NCBI GenBank assembly: GCA_020354125.1
Contig: CP070643.1
Coordinates: 3,588,934 to 3,652,933 of the forward strand
DNA length: 64,000 nt
Source: Betaproteobacteria bacterium
GTDB taxonomy: Bacteria; Pseudomonadota; Gammaproteobacteria; Burkholderiales; Eutrophovitaceae
Reading direction: 5' to 3'
Of the stretch, positions 10,351 through 21,800 are shown piece by piece. Below the pieces are notes generated by a model, which saw nothing but the letters and a program-made list of their open reading frames with translations, searched no databases and was not told the DNA's origin. The translations under genes were made by a program, and so were the position numbers. Position 1 is the first letter of the stretch; every line of letters starts with the position of its first letter.

Positions 10351-12375
10351 ATGTCTTCAGGTCTGATTTTCGCGCTGGTTTGCGCGATCATCGCGCTCGT
10401 CTATGGGGCGGTTTCTATTCAGTGGATTCTCGGCAGGCCCGCCGGCAATGCGCGCATGCAGGAAATCGCGGCGGCAATTCAACAAGGTGCCCAGGCTTAT
10501 CTGAATCGGCAGTACTCGACAATCTCGATCGTCGGTGTGGTGTTGTTTCTGGTGCTCGGCATTGCGCTGGACTGGTTGACGGCGATCGGCTTCCTCATCG
10601 GCGCCGCGTTCTCCGGTGCTGCCGGTTACATCGGCATGTTCATTTCGGTGCGCGCCAATGTGCGCACCGCCGAAGCCGCTGACAGCGGGATTAACGCCGC
10701 CCTCAACGTCGCTTTCCGCGGCGGCGCGATCACCGGTATGCTGGTGGTCGGACTTGGGCTGCTTGGCGTCGCCGGCTACTACGCGATAGCGACGCAGTTC
10801 ACCGACAGTGACGGTGCTCTGCATGCGCTAGTCGGACTTGCCTTCGGTGGATCATTGATCTCGATCTTTGCCCGACTCGGTGGTGGCATCTTCACCAAAG
10901 GTGCCGACGTCGGTGCCGACCTGGTCGGCAAAGTCGAGGCCGGAATTCCGGAAGACGACCCTCGCAACCCCGCGGTTATCGCAGATAACGTAGGCGACAA
11001 CGTCGGCGACTGCGCCGGTATGGCAGCCGACCTGTTCGAAACATACGCGGTGACCATCATTGCCACCATGCTGCTTGGCGGGTTGATGATGCAGGACGCA
11101 GGTATGGCGGCGATCATCTATCCGCTGGTGCTGGGCGGTGCATCGATCATCGCCTCGATCATTGGCACTTTCTTTGTCCGTACCAGCGGCGCAAAGATCA
11201 TGAACGCCCTGTACAAGGGCGTGATCATCTCCGGCGTCATCGCGGCCATTGCATTCTTCTTTATCAGCAAACAAATGATGGGTGACCAGGCAATGCCGCT
11301 GTTCTATGCATCGCTGGTCGGACTGGTGCTGACAGCTTTGTTGGTGGTGATCACCGAGTACTACACGGCGACCGAATACAAGCCGGTGCAGCACGTCGCT
11401 GCGGCTTCGCAAACCGGACACGCCACCAATATCATTGCCGGTCTGGGCATTTCGATGAAAGCCACGGCACTGCCGGTGCTGTCCGTCTGTGCCGCGATCT
11501 GGGCATCATACGAACTGGCCGGCCTTTACGGCATCGCCATCGCCGCAACCGCGATGTTGTCAATGACCGGCATGGTCGTGGCACTCGATGCCTACGGACC
11601 GATTACTGATAACGCCGGCGGCATAGCAGAAATGGCCGAGCTTCCGTCAAAAATTCGCGATATCACCGACCCACTCGATGCGGTAGGCAACACTACCAAG
11701 GCAGTAACCAAGGGCTACGCGATTGGCTCGGCCGGTCTTGCTGCACTGGTGCTGTTTGCGGACTACACGCACAACCTGGAGGCGCTTGGCAAACTCGAGA
11801 CCTTCGCGCTGTCCGACCCGGCCGTCATCATCGGCCTGTTCATCGGTGGCCTGGTTCCGTATCTGTTCGGATCCATGGCAATGGAAGCGGTCGGCCGGGC
11901 GGCTGGTTCGGTGGTCAACGAAGTGCGGCGCCAGTTCCGCGAAATTCCCGGGATCATGGAAGGTACCGGCAAGCCCGATTACTCACGCGCGGTGGACATG
12001 CTGACCAAGGCTGCGATCAAGGAAATGATGATTCCGTCCTTGTTGCCTGTCCTGGTTCCCATCATTGTCGCCTTCGGCATGAACTGGTTGATGGGTCCGG
12101 GTGCCGGCGTCAAAGCACTGGGCGGCCTGCTGATCGGCACCATCGTCACCGGAATCTTCGTTGCCATCTCGATGACCACCGGCGGCGGTGCCTGGGACAA
12201 CGCCAAGAAATATATTGAAGACGGCAATTTCGGCGGCAAGGGTTCGGAAGCACACAAAGCCGCCGTCACCGGCGATACGGTTGGTGATCCCTATAAGGAC
12301 ACCGCCGGACCGGCCGTGAATCCGCTGATCAAGATCATCAACATCGTCGCATTGTTGCTAGTACCTCTTCTATAG
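10351..12375 (+). CDS. hppA: Membrane-bound H+-translocating pyrophosphatase, K+-independent type
   Basis: 674-aa polytopic ORF with [27 protein letters not shown] and [17 protein letters not shown] motifs. GNTTKA (Lys rather than Ala) marks the K+-independent class. Confidence 0.93.
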   Translation: MSSGLIFALVCAIIALVYGAVSIQWILGRPAGNARMQEIAAAIQQGAQAYLNRQYSTISIVGVVLFLVLGIALDWLTAIGFLIGAAFSGAAGYIGMFISVRANVRTAEAADSGINAALNVAFRGGAITGMLVVGLGLLGVAGYYAIATQFTDSDGALHALVGLAFGGSLISIFARLGGGIFTKGADVGADLVGKVEAGIPEDDPRNPAVIADNVGDNVGDCAGMAADLFETYAVTIIATMLLGGLMMQDAGMAAIIYPLVLGGASIIASIIGTFFVRTSGAKIMNALYKGVIISGVIAAIAFFFISKQMMGDQAMPLFYASLVGLVLTALLVVITEYYTATEYKPVQHVAAASQTGHATNIIAGLGISMKATALPVLSVCAAIWASYELAGLYGIAIAATAMLSMTGMVVALDAYGPITDNAGGIAEMAELPSKIRDITDPLDAVGNTTKAVTKGYAIGSAGLAALVLFADYTHNLEALGKLETFALSDPAVIIGLFIGGLVPYLFGSMAMEAVGRAAGSVVNEVRRQFREIPGIMEGTGKPDYSRAVDMLTKAAIKEMMIPSLLPVLVPIIVAFGMNWLMGPGAGVKALGGLLIGTIVTGIFVAISMTTGGGAWDNAKKYIEDGNFGGKGSEAHKAAVTGDTVGDPYKDTAGPAVNPLIKIINIVALLLVPLL

Positions 12376-12430
12376 AAGCCGCTTCTATAGAACCGGTGCC
12401 GTTGCTCTGAATGCGCACTGCAACTACGAA

Positions 12431-12460
12431 AAAAACGGCCCCGTATCGGGCCGTTTTTTT
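12431..12460. terminator. Bidirectional intrinsic terminator between hppA and the convergent DUF502 gene
   Basis: aaaaacggccc / loop cgtatc / gggccgttttttt. Perfect GC-rich stem flanked by an A-run and a T-run. Confidence 0.75.
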
Positions 12461-12524
12461 ATCGCTGTTATTCTTATTTCGCCCTTTCTATTGTGGCGCC
12501 GTTTTTTGCTCATATGCCGTTTCG

Positions 12525-13121
12525 TCAGTCGCCGTTGGGCTTGGCTTTCAATCCGGCAGTCAACACCAATCGCATTGCATCCTCACGTGACATCGGGATT
12601 GGCGTGATCTGGCTGCGCGGCATGAAAACGGTGTAACCGCCGAGCTGATAACTCATCGGAAGATACACCGCGACGTCACCTTCGCTCGCTACACCCTCCG
12701 GCAGATCGGAGAAATGATCACGCGTGATGAATCCCATCAAGCGCATGTCACTGCCCGGCAGTTGTACCGTGACGACCTGCAATGCCACCTGGTCATCGTC
12801 GCCGGCAAACAAACCGAAAAAATCGCGTATCGCAGCATAGATCGTCTTGATGAGTGGCACCTGCAGCAGCAACTTTTCGGTCAGCCCGAACAAGCGGCGC
12901 ACGATGTAAGCGCGCATCAGCACGCCGACGGCGAATATCACTATCACTCCAACCGTCAGCCCCATGCCAACGCGATAAACGTCTTCCGGAATCAGCCACT
13001 GCAAGGGTTTGCCGAGAAAGGATTCGGCCGCAGCAAACAACCAATACAACAGGTATACCGTCGCCAGTACAGGCAAGACGGTCAACACGCCGGTGAGAAA
13101 TATCCTGCCGAGGTACTTCAT
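12525..13121 (-). CDS. DUF502-family membrane protein
   Basis: 198-aa ORF. Its N-terminus (FLTGVLTVLPVLATVYLLYWLF), second TM helix, the LLLQVPLIKTIYAAIRD motif and a soluble C-domain match the layout I recall for DUF502. Confidence 0.7.
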   Translation of the reverse strand: MKYLGRIFLTGVLTVLPVLATVYLLYWLFAAAESFLGKPLQWLIPEDVYRVGMGLTVGVIVIFAVGVLMRAYIVRRLFGLTEKLLLQVPLIKTIYAAIRDFFGLFAGDDDQVALQVVTVQLPGSDMRLMGFITRDHFSDLPEGVASEGDVAVYLPMSYQLGGYTVFMPRSQITPIPMSREDAMRLVLTAGLKAKPNGD

Positions 13122-13248
13122 TCGACTACTCCCCCCTCATTAATGCCTGAGACTCCAAAAATGCACCGTTCACCAGCAGTTCATAACGGTTACGATTAAA
13201 AGAAACTGAAGCGCCCGCATGCCGCCAAAACATTTGGGCGTCAGGACT

Positions 13249-13674
13249 TCAGTTGGCACATGGAAACTTGCTGGACAGTGCGCTGAACAGCAGAAGGTGT
13301 GCCCGCTGGATGAGCCTGTCGGGGTGTGCCTCGAGATAGGACACGAGCGCCGGCACCGCCTGGCTGTAGCCAAATCCCTCCGGCGGGCAGAAGTACATAT
13401 CTTCGCCGGTGCGCCATGCTTTCCATCCATGCCCCCACAAAAAACCCTCGACGAACCCAATACACAAGGCAGCATCTGCCCGCGCGGCGGGATCCATATC
13501 GGCGCCATTTATCACGTCTTTCGCCAGACGACAGGTATCTAACAGGCGGACGCCGTCCTCGCGCGCCAGGCCGTCTCCTGCCATCGCTGATACCGACCAA
13601 AGCCACAATCCAAGAAAAATTGCCAAAATCCTTGGCAGATCCATCGAAAAAGTCCGAAAGTTACTAAAAATCAA
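13249..13674 (-). CDS. Secreted hypothetical protein, Rap1a/Tai4-like candidate
   Basis: 141-aa ORF, with a likely start at MDLPRIL (13644). Signal peptide present. The Cys pattern LDTC...CIGFVEGF...FCPPEGF..Q...LVSYLEAHPDRL...ALSSKFPC resembles the periplasmic Rap1a/Tai4 immunity family as I recall it. Confidence 0.45.
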   Translation of the reverse strand: MIFSNFRTFSMDLPRILAIFLGLWLWSVSAMAGDGLAREDGVRLLDTCRLAKDVINGADMDPAARADAALCIGFVEGFLWGHGWKAWRTGEDMYFCPPEGFGYSQAVPALVSYLEAHPDRLIQRAHLLLFSALSSKFPCAN

Positions 13675-13861
13675 TGGGAAAGAAGCAAATGCATGGAATT
13701 TGCTTGGGTCTGCAGCGTGAGCCAGAAGGGAAACTTTCTCAAAGGGACGCTTAACTTACGATGTCGTTTCTAGACGCATTTCTGATCGGCGGCGTTGTTC
13801 TGCTCGTGATTCTGATTATCGTCAGAAACAGGACCAAAACCGGCTGATTCAGTCGAGCAAG

Positions 13862-14812
13862 TCATCCCCCGCTATTCGCAGTGGCAGGGTCGCTGCGCTT
13901 TCCTATCAAGTCAAACACATGTTCAGACCGCGGCAACGGGTCTACTGCACCATAACCGGTGCAAGTCAGAGCAGCCGCAGCACAGGCGTAATTGACTGCC
14001 GTGGCCAGTATGTCACCTAGACTCAGGCGCGCCATTAACGAACCGGCGAAACAATCACCAGCACCAGTAGCATCGACTGCGTGGACACGGAATCCCTCGA
14101 CTTTCTGTGTAACACCAGCCTCGCTGTAAATCGCGCCGTCGGCGCCAAGTTTGAGCACAACCACGCCGGCACCGGCCTGCTTGCACCAGTCGAGTACCAA
14201 ATCGGGTTCAACGCAACCAGTTAGCGTCTCGGCATCTTCGACTGACAACAGAAAATAGTCTGTCAAAGGAAGAGTCTTAGCGATGACGTCACGGGCCTGC
14301 TCAGCGCCCCACAATGCCGGACGTATATTGGCATCAAAAACGATACGCGCGCCTGCACTTCGCGCCATTTCAATGGCTGCGAACACCGCCTCGCACGCGC
14401 TTTTGCTGATCGCCTCGGTAATACCTGAAGTAAAGAAGAATTTTGTGCTCTTCAGCAGACTGACTGGCAGATCGTCTACGCCGAATCGGCTGGCAGCCGA
14501 GTCCTTGCGCAAGTAACTGAACCTGTGCCCTGACTCCGTGTGACTGATGAAATAAACCGCGGTGTGCGAATCCCGATCAACTTTGACTGCCGAGGCGTCG
14601 ATACCTTCCCGTTGCCATAGCTCAAACATCTGACGCCCGAATTCATCGTCGCCCAAGGCGGTGACATATGCCACGCGCGCGCCCTGACGGGCCGCCGCGA
14701 TGGCGCAGTTCATGGTGTCGCCACCGAATCCCTGCAGATATTCGCGCGCCTTTCCGGGAATCTGGCTGAACTCGTACATCGGTTCGCCGAATGAAACGAT
14801 GTCGAATTCCAC
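13862..14812 (-). CDS. PfkB-family sugar kinase (2-dehydro-3-deoxygluconokinase-like)
   Basis: 316-aa ORF with GGDTMNCA near the N-terminus and the C-terminal DATGAGDCFAG ribokinase/PfkB signature. Confidence 0.8.
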   Translation of the reverse strand: MEFDIVSFGEPMYEFSQIPGKAREYLQGFGGDTMNCAIAAARQGARVAYVTALGDDEFGRQMFELWQREGIDASAVKVDRDSHTAVYFISHTESGHRFSYLRKDSAASRFGVDDLPVSLLKSTKFFFTSGITEAISKSACEAVFAAIEMARSAGARIVFDANIRPALWGAEQARDVIAKTLPLTDYFLLSVEDAETLTGCVEPDLVLDWCKQAGAGVVVLKLGADGAIYSEAGVTQKVEGFRVHAVDATGAGDCFAGSLMARLSLGDILATAVNYACAAAALTCTGYGAVDPLPRSEHVFDLIGKRSDPATANSGG

Positions 14813-14964
14813 GTTTACGAAATCGGATTGCCGCGGGGCATCGCCTAGCCCGACGCCGCTGCCTGCACTGCGCGGGCGTGTTGCAGATAGCGCTTCACAA
14901 TTACTGACTCACCGCATAGCAACTCACGCATGTACTGACTCGCGCATCAACTTGATCGATTTGC

Positions 14965-15372
14965 TCAAGGTACGGTTACACAGCGCGATTGGACGCAGTC
15001 TGCATTCGGTTTCGGCAAAACCTCGCAAGTGCCAACTTCGTCACTGTCGAGCATCAACTCTTCCTTGAGCAGATTGTATTCCGTGACCAGATTACGGAGC
15101 TCGTCGCCGGTGTTGTTCCATATCGAGAACGCGACGTATTCGTCTGGCCCGCCACACGGCCGCGCGCCGAGGCCGATGACTCGACAATTGACAATATTCC
15201 TGCACCAGCTTGCGTCACTTATGATTTCGGCGATTTCCTGGCGCAGGCGCGCGGCTGCTTCAGCATCACTCTCCGCCGGGTACACTGCCGGTGGCGCGAA
15301 ACCAATGGCTAGCGCGAAAGTCACATAACATGGTTTCCAGATCCGCATTGATTCAGTGTACATCACTAGCAA
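14965..15372 (-). CDS. Cysteine-rich exported hypothetical protein
   Basis: 135-aa ORF with a hydrophobic N-terminus (alternative start MRIWKP at 15348) and at least six Cys in the mature part. No family recognised. Confidence 0.45.
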   Translation of the reverse strand: MLVMYTESMRIWKPCYVTFALAIGFAPPAVYPAESDAEAAARLRQEIAEIISDASWCRNIVNCRVIGLGARPCGGPDEYVAFSIWNNTGDELRNLVTEYNLLKEELMLDSDEVGTCEVLPKPNADCVQSRCVTVP

Positions 15373-15450
15373 CGCCGCTCAAAAAATGGCCAAATGCTTG
15401 CTTGGCACTGATACTATTTTTCGCAATGCAACGACCCGAGGGGTGACTCA

Positions 15451-15789
15451 ATGTCCTGGTTATGGCTGAAGGCAGTGCCCTGGGGCACCATCATTGCAAA
15501 TGCGCCGACCATAGTCGAAGGTGCCCGCAAGCTGCTTGATCGCCGCACGGCGGGCGCCGAGTTGGTGGACGAGTCCTCGGCCGACCCCGCCTCGCTTGCG
15601 CAGCGCTTGCGTATCGTCGAGCTACGCCAGCAAGAGATGCTGGACGTCATCGACAAACTGGCTAACAGCAACGAACAACTGACTGAAGCGGTGACTTACC
15701 TTAGGGCGCGGGCAAAATTCAATTTCAGACTGGCGCTGGTGCTCGCCGTGGTGGTGGCAGTCATGGTGGTCAACGGCGTCATGGCTTGA
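15451..15789 (+). CDS. Hypothetical protein with coiled-coil region and C-terminal TM anchor
   Basis: 112-aa ORF. Its C-terminal LALVLAVVVAVMVVNGV stretch is hydrophobic. No family recognised. Confidence 0.4.
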   Translation: MSWLWLKAVPWGTIIANAPTIVEGARKLLDRRTAGAELVDESSADPASLAQRLRIVELRQQEMLDVIDKLANSNEQLTEAVTYLRARAKFNFRLALVLAVVVAVMVVNGVMA

Positions 15790-15924
15790 CCTGAGCTGGC
15801 CTGACGCGAATCCGCTCGGCGGAAACTGGCCTGACGTCGAATTGAAGTCGACACGGTCAAAGCCTGGACCGAATCAAGTACATGTGATCGCCGTCACGTA
15901 ACGACGCGAACCTGATCGATCACA

Positions 15925-18819
15925 TCAACCGCAACTGCCTACCGCGCCACAAGCGGTGCAGAACTCGCAACCGTCTTTGTAAATGACAGAAGAATTGCCA
16001 CACTCGTCGCACACCTTGCCGCTCGTCACATGATAACCGTGCGACTTGTCTTGTTCTGAATCCTCCGGGATTTCCAAAACACCCATGTCACTGATCGGGA
16101 AACCTCGTTCATCGAGGACGCCGAGCATGGCATAGCGGTGGATGACCAACCGTGCGATATACGCCACCGTGCTCGGATAATTACGCTGTCGATCCTCGCC
16201 TGGCACCCGCGCCATGAAATCACCCAGTGGCTCTTCGTAGGTAAGCAGCTTGCGCAATTTCATACCGATCCAGGCCGGATCGATAACGCGCATGTCGAGC
16301 GACAAAAGCTTGCACAGCCCGTCCAGCGCACGCGGATAGGTACCAGCCAACCAAATCGAATACGGGCGCCGTTGCCCGCCCGGCAGAACGAGTTCCTTCA
16401 ACATGAGCACGAAGTCGTCGCCAGAGCTTGCATTGAATACATCCGCGGTCCACGACATGGTGCCGTCGGTACCCGTCTTCGGTTCTTTCTTGGCAAAAAG
16501 TGCGTCGAATACGGGGGAAACATCCGAACTCCTGTCCAGCACGCCGAGCTGATCGATACGCCAGCGCACGATGCGGGCAAACGCCGCGACTACACTGGGA
16601 CAACGCTCCGGCCTGCCATCGGGCGGCATGGCGCAGTCAAACGCGTCATCGCCAGCGGTTCGCGCCAGGATGTCGAGCTTGGTACGCAGCCACACTGCGT
16701 CCTTGGCGCGCATGTCCATGGACAATGTCTTGGCGACCGCACCGAGCCCCCGCGGTTGCTCGTTGCCATTCACCCAAACCTCAAAGGCGTGCACAAAGTC
16801 GTCTTCAATATGGCCGACGAATATTGCGAACTTGCCAAACGGCAATTCGAGCATGTAGGTCCACGCCGGATTACCGGCCGGCAGATCCGGACGTCCCGGC
16901 CAGCGCAGGCTCGACAGTGCCGGCCGTGGAGTTACATCAATGCGAATGCGCCGGTCGGCATCGCTGGTATCAAGATCATTCGGCTGCTGCTCACCGTCTG
17001 CGACTGACAAGACGCTGCCCAGAACACTGTTCGGCCGGTAGGTGGTGATACCTTTCAGCCCCGCCCGCCATGCTTCCAGGTAGAGGTCCTTGAAATCCTC
17101 GAACGGATAGTCTTCAGGGACATTGACTGTCTTGCTGATTGCTGAGTCGATATAGGGAGACACGGCAGCAACCATGCGCATATGATCGAGCGCCGAAATC
17201 TCCAGCGCCGTGACGAACTGCAACGGCAGCGAGTCCACGTCACCGCCGAGGTGACGATACAAACGCCAGGCATGGTCTTCTACATCGTAAACCTTGTGCG
17301 AGCCATCGGCTTCGCGTTTTCTGCGCTGATAGGTCCAGGCATAGGGCGGCTCAATGCCGTTGGCAGCATTGTCAGCAAACGCCAATGATATGGTTCCGGT
17401 CGGCGCCACCGACAGCAAGTGACTGTTTCGCAAACCGTGGGCACGGATCTTCTCTTGCAAACTCGCAGGAAGTCGCGAGGCAAAATGCGGTGCAGCCAGG
17501 TAGTGTTCGGAATCGAACAACGGAAAGCAGCCCTTCTCCTTCGCCAGCTCGACCGACGTTGCGTAGCATTGGTCACGCATATGTTCGGCAATCCTCGTTG
17601 CCATACGCCGTGCTTCCGGCGTGTCGTAACGCAAGCCGAGCATGATTGACACGTCGCCGAGCCCGGTGAATCCCAAACCGATGCGGCGCTTGTTGCGCGC
17701 TTCCTCGGCCTGCTGCGGCAATGGCCATACCGTGGCATCCAGCACGTTGTCGAGCATTCTCACTGCCGGACGAACAACGCGTGTTAGCGCTTCGAAATCA
17801 AAGCGCGCATTCGGCGTATACGGTTCGCTCACGAACAGCGTGAGATTGATGCTGCCCAGACAACAGCAGCCATATGCCGGCAGCGGCTGCTCGCCGCAGG
17901 GGTTGGTTGCGCCAATCGATTCGCAATAGGAAAGGTTGTTATCGGCGTTGACGCGATCGATGAAAACCACGCCGGGTTCAGCATGATCATAGGTCGAGTC
18001 CATGATCTGCTTCCACAGCTCACGCGCTTTGACCGTACGATAGACCCAGGTGCCGTCCTCACGCTGCCTTGGCGGTTCGTCTCCCTCCTGGCGCGGCGGC
18101 ATCTTGTGCACCAACTCCCAGTCAGCGCCGGATTCAACGGCGCGCATGAAAGCGTCAGTAATCGCCACGCTTGTGTTGAAGTTGCGCAGCGCTCCCTGAT
18201 CCTTGCCGTGAACGAATTCCTCGATGTCAGGATGATCGCAGCGCAGGATGCCCATCTGCGCACCGCGCCGCGCACCCGCCGATTCGACCGTTTCGCAGCT
18301 TTGATCGAATACCCGCATATACGACACCGGCCCGCTCGCTGTGCTGCGGGTACCCCGCACCAGCGCCCCCTTTGGTCGAATCGCGGAGAAATCGTAGCCG
18401 ACACCGCCGCCGCGACGCATGGTCTCCGCGGCTTCCATCAGGGCAACATAGATCCCCGGCTTGCCGTCCACCGTTTCGGACACCGAGTCGCCCACCGGCT
18501 GAACAAAGCAGTTGATCAGAGTCGCTGCCAGGCCGGTTCCGGCAGCCGAGTTAATCCGTCCGCCGGGGATGAATCCGTTCTCCAACGCTTCGAGAAAGAC
18601 CGGTTGCCACTTCGCCGGGTCTTTTTCGACAGCGGCGAGCGCCTTCGCCACGCGGCGCCGCACGTCGTCAATGCTGCGTTCATCGCCCTTAGCATATTTT
18701 TCCTCGAGAACATCCAGGGAGACCTGCTGTAACGGCATGGAAAGCCGGGTGTCATCGGGCTTCATATCGACTCCACAAGTGACCACGACACAGTTTTGTG
18801 TCTTGGCCATCAAGGACAA
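15925..18819 (-). CDS. nrdJ: Adenosylcobalamin-dependent (class II) ribonucleotide reductase
   Basis: 964-aa ORF. RNR barrel motifs ([25 protein letters not shown]). Long class II C-terminal extension ending in the Cys-rich CDECG...CEFCTACG. The start may be the internal ATG at 18765 (MKPDD), which has GGAG 5 nt upstream. Confidence 0.9.
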   Translation of the reverse strand: MSLMAKTQNCVVVTCGVDMKPDDTRLSMPLQQVSLDVLEEKYAKGDERSIDDVRRRVAKALAAVEKDPAKWQPVFLEALENGFIPGGRINSAAGTGLAATLINCFVQPVGDSVSETVDGKPGIYVALMEAAETMRRGGGVGYDFSAIRPKGALVRGTRSTASGPVSYMRVFDQSCETVESAGARRGAQMGILRCDHPDIEEFVHGKDQGALRNFNTSVAITDAFMRAVESGADWELVHKMPPRQEGDEPPRQREDGTWVYRTVKARELWKQIMDSTYDHAEPGVVFIDRVNADNNLSYCESIGATNPCGEQPLPAYGCCCLGSINLTLFVSEPYTPNARFDFEALTRVVRPAVRMLDNVLDATVWPLPQQAEEARNKRRIGLGFTGLGDVSIMLGLRYDTPEARRMATRIAEHMRDQCYATSVELAKEKGCFPLFDSEHYLAAPHFASRLPASLQEKIRAHGLRNSHLLSVAPTGTISLAFADNAANGIEPPYAWTYQRRKREADGSHKVYDVEDHAWRLYRHLGGDVDSLPLQFVTALEISALDHMRMVAAVSPYIDSAISKTVNVPEDYPFEDFKDLYLEAWRAGLKGITTYRPNSVLGSVLSVADGEQQPNDLDTSDADRRIRIDVTPRPALSSLRWPGRPDLPAGNPAWTYMLELPFGKFAIFVGHIEDDFVHAFEVWVNGNEQPRGLGAVAKTLSMDMRAKDAVWLRTKLDILARTAGDDAFDCAMPPDGRPERCPSVVAAFARIVRWRIDQLGVLDRSSDVSPVFDALFAKKEPKTGTDGTMSWTADVFNASSGDDFVLMLKELVLPGGQRRPYSIWLAGTYPRALDGLCKLLSLDMRVIDPAWIGMKLRKLLTYEEPLGDFMARVPGEDRQRNYPSTVAYIARLVIHRYAMLGVLDERGFPISDMGVLEIPEDSEQDKSHGYHVTSGKVCDECGNSSVIYKDGCEFCTACGAVGSCG

Positions 18820-18846
18820 GCATTAAATCCGTTTATCTTACTCCTC

Positions 18847-21800
18847 TTACACGACGTGCGCACTGGTCTCGGCCACAACGGTGGGCCTGCCCGCGGCGCG
18901 CGTTCTGTGTGCGAGAAACTCTTTCAAAACCCGTCCGGTATGGGAATCGCCGCTGGCGGCAACCTCTGCCGGGCTACCCTGCACGACGACACTGCCGCCA
19001 CCGGCGCCGCCCTCCGGCCCGAGGTCGACGATCCAGTCCGCGTTCGCCATCACGTCAAGATTGTGCTCAATGACGACCGCCGTATTGTTGGCATCGACCA
19101 GGCGGTGCAGGACACGGATCAGTTTTTCCACGTCGGCCATATGCAATCCGACCGTCGGTTCGTCGAGGACGTACAAGGTGTGCTGGGAGTCGGCAACCTT
19201 GCCCGACCTCGATACGCGGCGCGCCTGGTCCGTCGGCCTGACTTTTGCAAGCTCGGTAACCAGTTTGATGCGCTGCGCCTCGCCGCCCGATAACGTCGGA
19301 CTTTGCTGTCCCAGAGTCAGATAACCGAGGCCAACATCCTGCAGCAACTGTAACGCATGATGGATGCTGTTGTGAGCGGCAAAAAAACCGGTCGCTTCAT
19401 CCACTGACATTGCCAGCACTTCTCCAATTGACTTACCCTTGTATTTCACAGACAGCGTTTCCTGATCGAAGCGCGCGCCATTACAAACCTCGCAAGTCAC
19501 TTTGACATCAGGCAGAAAACTCATCTCGATTTTGCGAACTCCCTGGCCGTCACAGCCCGAGCAGCGTCCTTTAGGCGTATTGAATGAAAAACGCGCCGGG
19601 TCAAAACCGCGTATGCGCGAATCCTGAGTGCCGGCAAACAGCTTGCGAATCGCATCCCAGAACCCGACATAGGTGGCCGGGCAAGAACGTGGGGTCTTGC
19701 CAATCGGTGTCTGGTCGACTTCAAGAACGCGTGTCACCGCTTCCCATCCGGCAAGCTCATCGCAACCGGCCAGTTCCACGCCACGCTTGCGAGTGCGCCG
19801 ATCGCCAACCAGCTTCGCCATATTGTCGTGCAGCACATCGCGTGCAAGAGTTGACTTGCCGCTGCCGGATACGCCGGTGACCACAGCCAACCTGCCCAGC
19901 GGAAAACGCGCGTTGACGCCACGCAAATTGTGCAGTCTCGCTTTGCGTACTCGCAATGATGGGGTCGACGCCGTGACCTCGCGCCGCTGTTGCAGCGGGT
20001 GCATCAGGGGCTGGCGCAGGAAGCGACCCGTGACCGAATCGGCGCATGCCATCAGCTGGCCGGGGCTGCCTTCGGCAATGAGCCGGCCACCAAGATGCCC
20101 CGCCCCCGGCCCGAGATCAACCAGGTGGTCGGCGCTGCGGATGGTGTCTTCGTCATGCTCGACGACCAACAAAGTATTACCCTTGCGCTCGAGTTTTCGC
20201 AGCGTGTTCAGCAACACGTGGTTGTCACGCGGATGCAGTCCGATAGTCGGCTCATCGAGTATGTAGCAAACGCCGCGCAGGTTCGATCCGAGCTGCGCAG
20301 CAAGCCGGATTCGCTGCGCTTCGCCGCCGGACAGACTTGGTGCCGAGCGATCCAGTGTCAGGTAACCCAAACCGACTTCGCACAAAAAACCCAGCCGGCT
20401 TCGCAACTCGGCAACCAGATCGCGCGCTATGTCCTGCTCACGTCCGTGTAGCCGCACCTGCTCAAACAGCCGCATCAGATCAGCCACCGGCTGCGCACCG
20501 TACTCGGAAATACTTTCTCCGGACCATCTCACCGCCAGTGCTGTCGCATTCAGTCTGCTGCCGTGACATTCAGCGCAGGTTTCATCGACTTCAAGCCAGT
20601 CAATCCATGAATCGAGCACGTGATCCTCAGTACCGCTGTTGGCGCGCTGTTCATCCCAATCGATATCGGCGATCCTGAGTCCCGTGCCATAACAGGCCGG
20701 ACACCAGCCATGCCGCGAGTTATAAGAGAACAATCGTGGATCGAGTTCCGGGAAGCTGTTACCACAGGAAGGACAGGCACGCTTTGTCGAGTACACCTTC
20801 TGCGTCATCGGCCCGCCCGACATCAATTGCTCGAGCGGCGCAATGACGTGCACAACACCTTTGCCATAGTCCAGCGCACTGCGTAACGCCGCTCGCAGCG
20901 TGGCCTCGTCAGCAGCGCTGACGCGAACGTCGGCAACCGGCAGTTCAATCATGTGTTCGCGAAACCGGTCAATGCGCGGGAATGGCCGCGTTGGCAAGTA
21001 TTCGCCATCGACACGAAGAAACTCAAATCCCCGCTTTTGGGCCCAACGCGCAAGATCAGTGTAGACACCCTTACGGTTGGTAACCAGAGGCGCAAGAAAA
21101 CCGATGTGCTGACCCCGGTAGTCGCGCAGAATGCGCGCCGCTATTGCCTCTTCGCTCTGTGGTTCAATCGCAACTTCGCAATCCGGGCAATATTGCGTCC
21201 CCAGCTTGACAAATAACAAGCGCAGAAAGTGGTGAATTTCAGTCAGCGTCCCTACGGTACTCTTTCTGCCGCCGCGGCTGGTACGTTGCTCGATCGCCAC
21301 TGTCGGCGGGATGCCGTGGATCGCGTCGACATCAGGACGTGACGCCACTTGTACAAACTGCCGCGCGTATGCATTCAATGATTCGAGGTAACGGCGCTGC
21401 CCCTCGCCGAACACAATGTCGAATGCAAGCGTCGACTTGCCGCTTCCCGAGACTCCGGTGATTACGGTGAACTGCTTGCGCGGCAAAGCCACATCCAGGT
21501 TCTGCAAATTGTGCTCGCGTGCGTTGCGGATGCGTATGAACTCGTCCAAGGGCAGCGGCGCCCGATCCTGGTTTACCTGGGTTGACGACTGCGTCAGTTC
21601 TTCGAGCTGGCGCTCATACTCGATCAACGCCCGCCCGGTATGTGATGCAACATGTTGTTTGACTGCATCCGGAGTCCCGACACACACCACGGCACCGCCG
21701 GCCTCGCCACCTTCAGGGCCGAGGTCGATGATCCAGTCGGCCGCAGCCATGACATCGAGATTGTGCTCGATGATGACCAGTGAATGGCCGGCTTCAACCA

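Noticed and set aside
13761-13847. 28-codon ORF encoding a hydrophobic peptide (MSFLDAFLIGGVVLLVILIIVRNRTKTG)
   Set aside because: It is plausible as a small membrane peptide. However, it has only a weak, distant purine-rich stretch as RBS and no other support, and it is too short to call from sequence alone.
16138-17007. 289-aa plus-strand ORF antisense to nrdJ
   Set aside because: A shadow ORF inside a clearly coding class II RNR gene, with an Arg/His/Pro-rich translation.
18788-18801. Palindrome ACACAGTTTTGTGT upstream of the internal nrdJ start, considered as an NrdR box
   Set aside because: It is 14 bp rather than the 16-bp NrdR consensus. No second box lies at the usual spacing. It would sit inside the coding region if the 18819 start is used.
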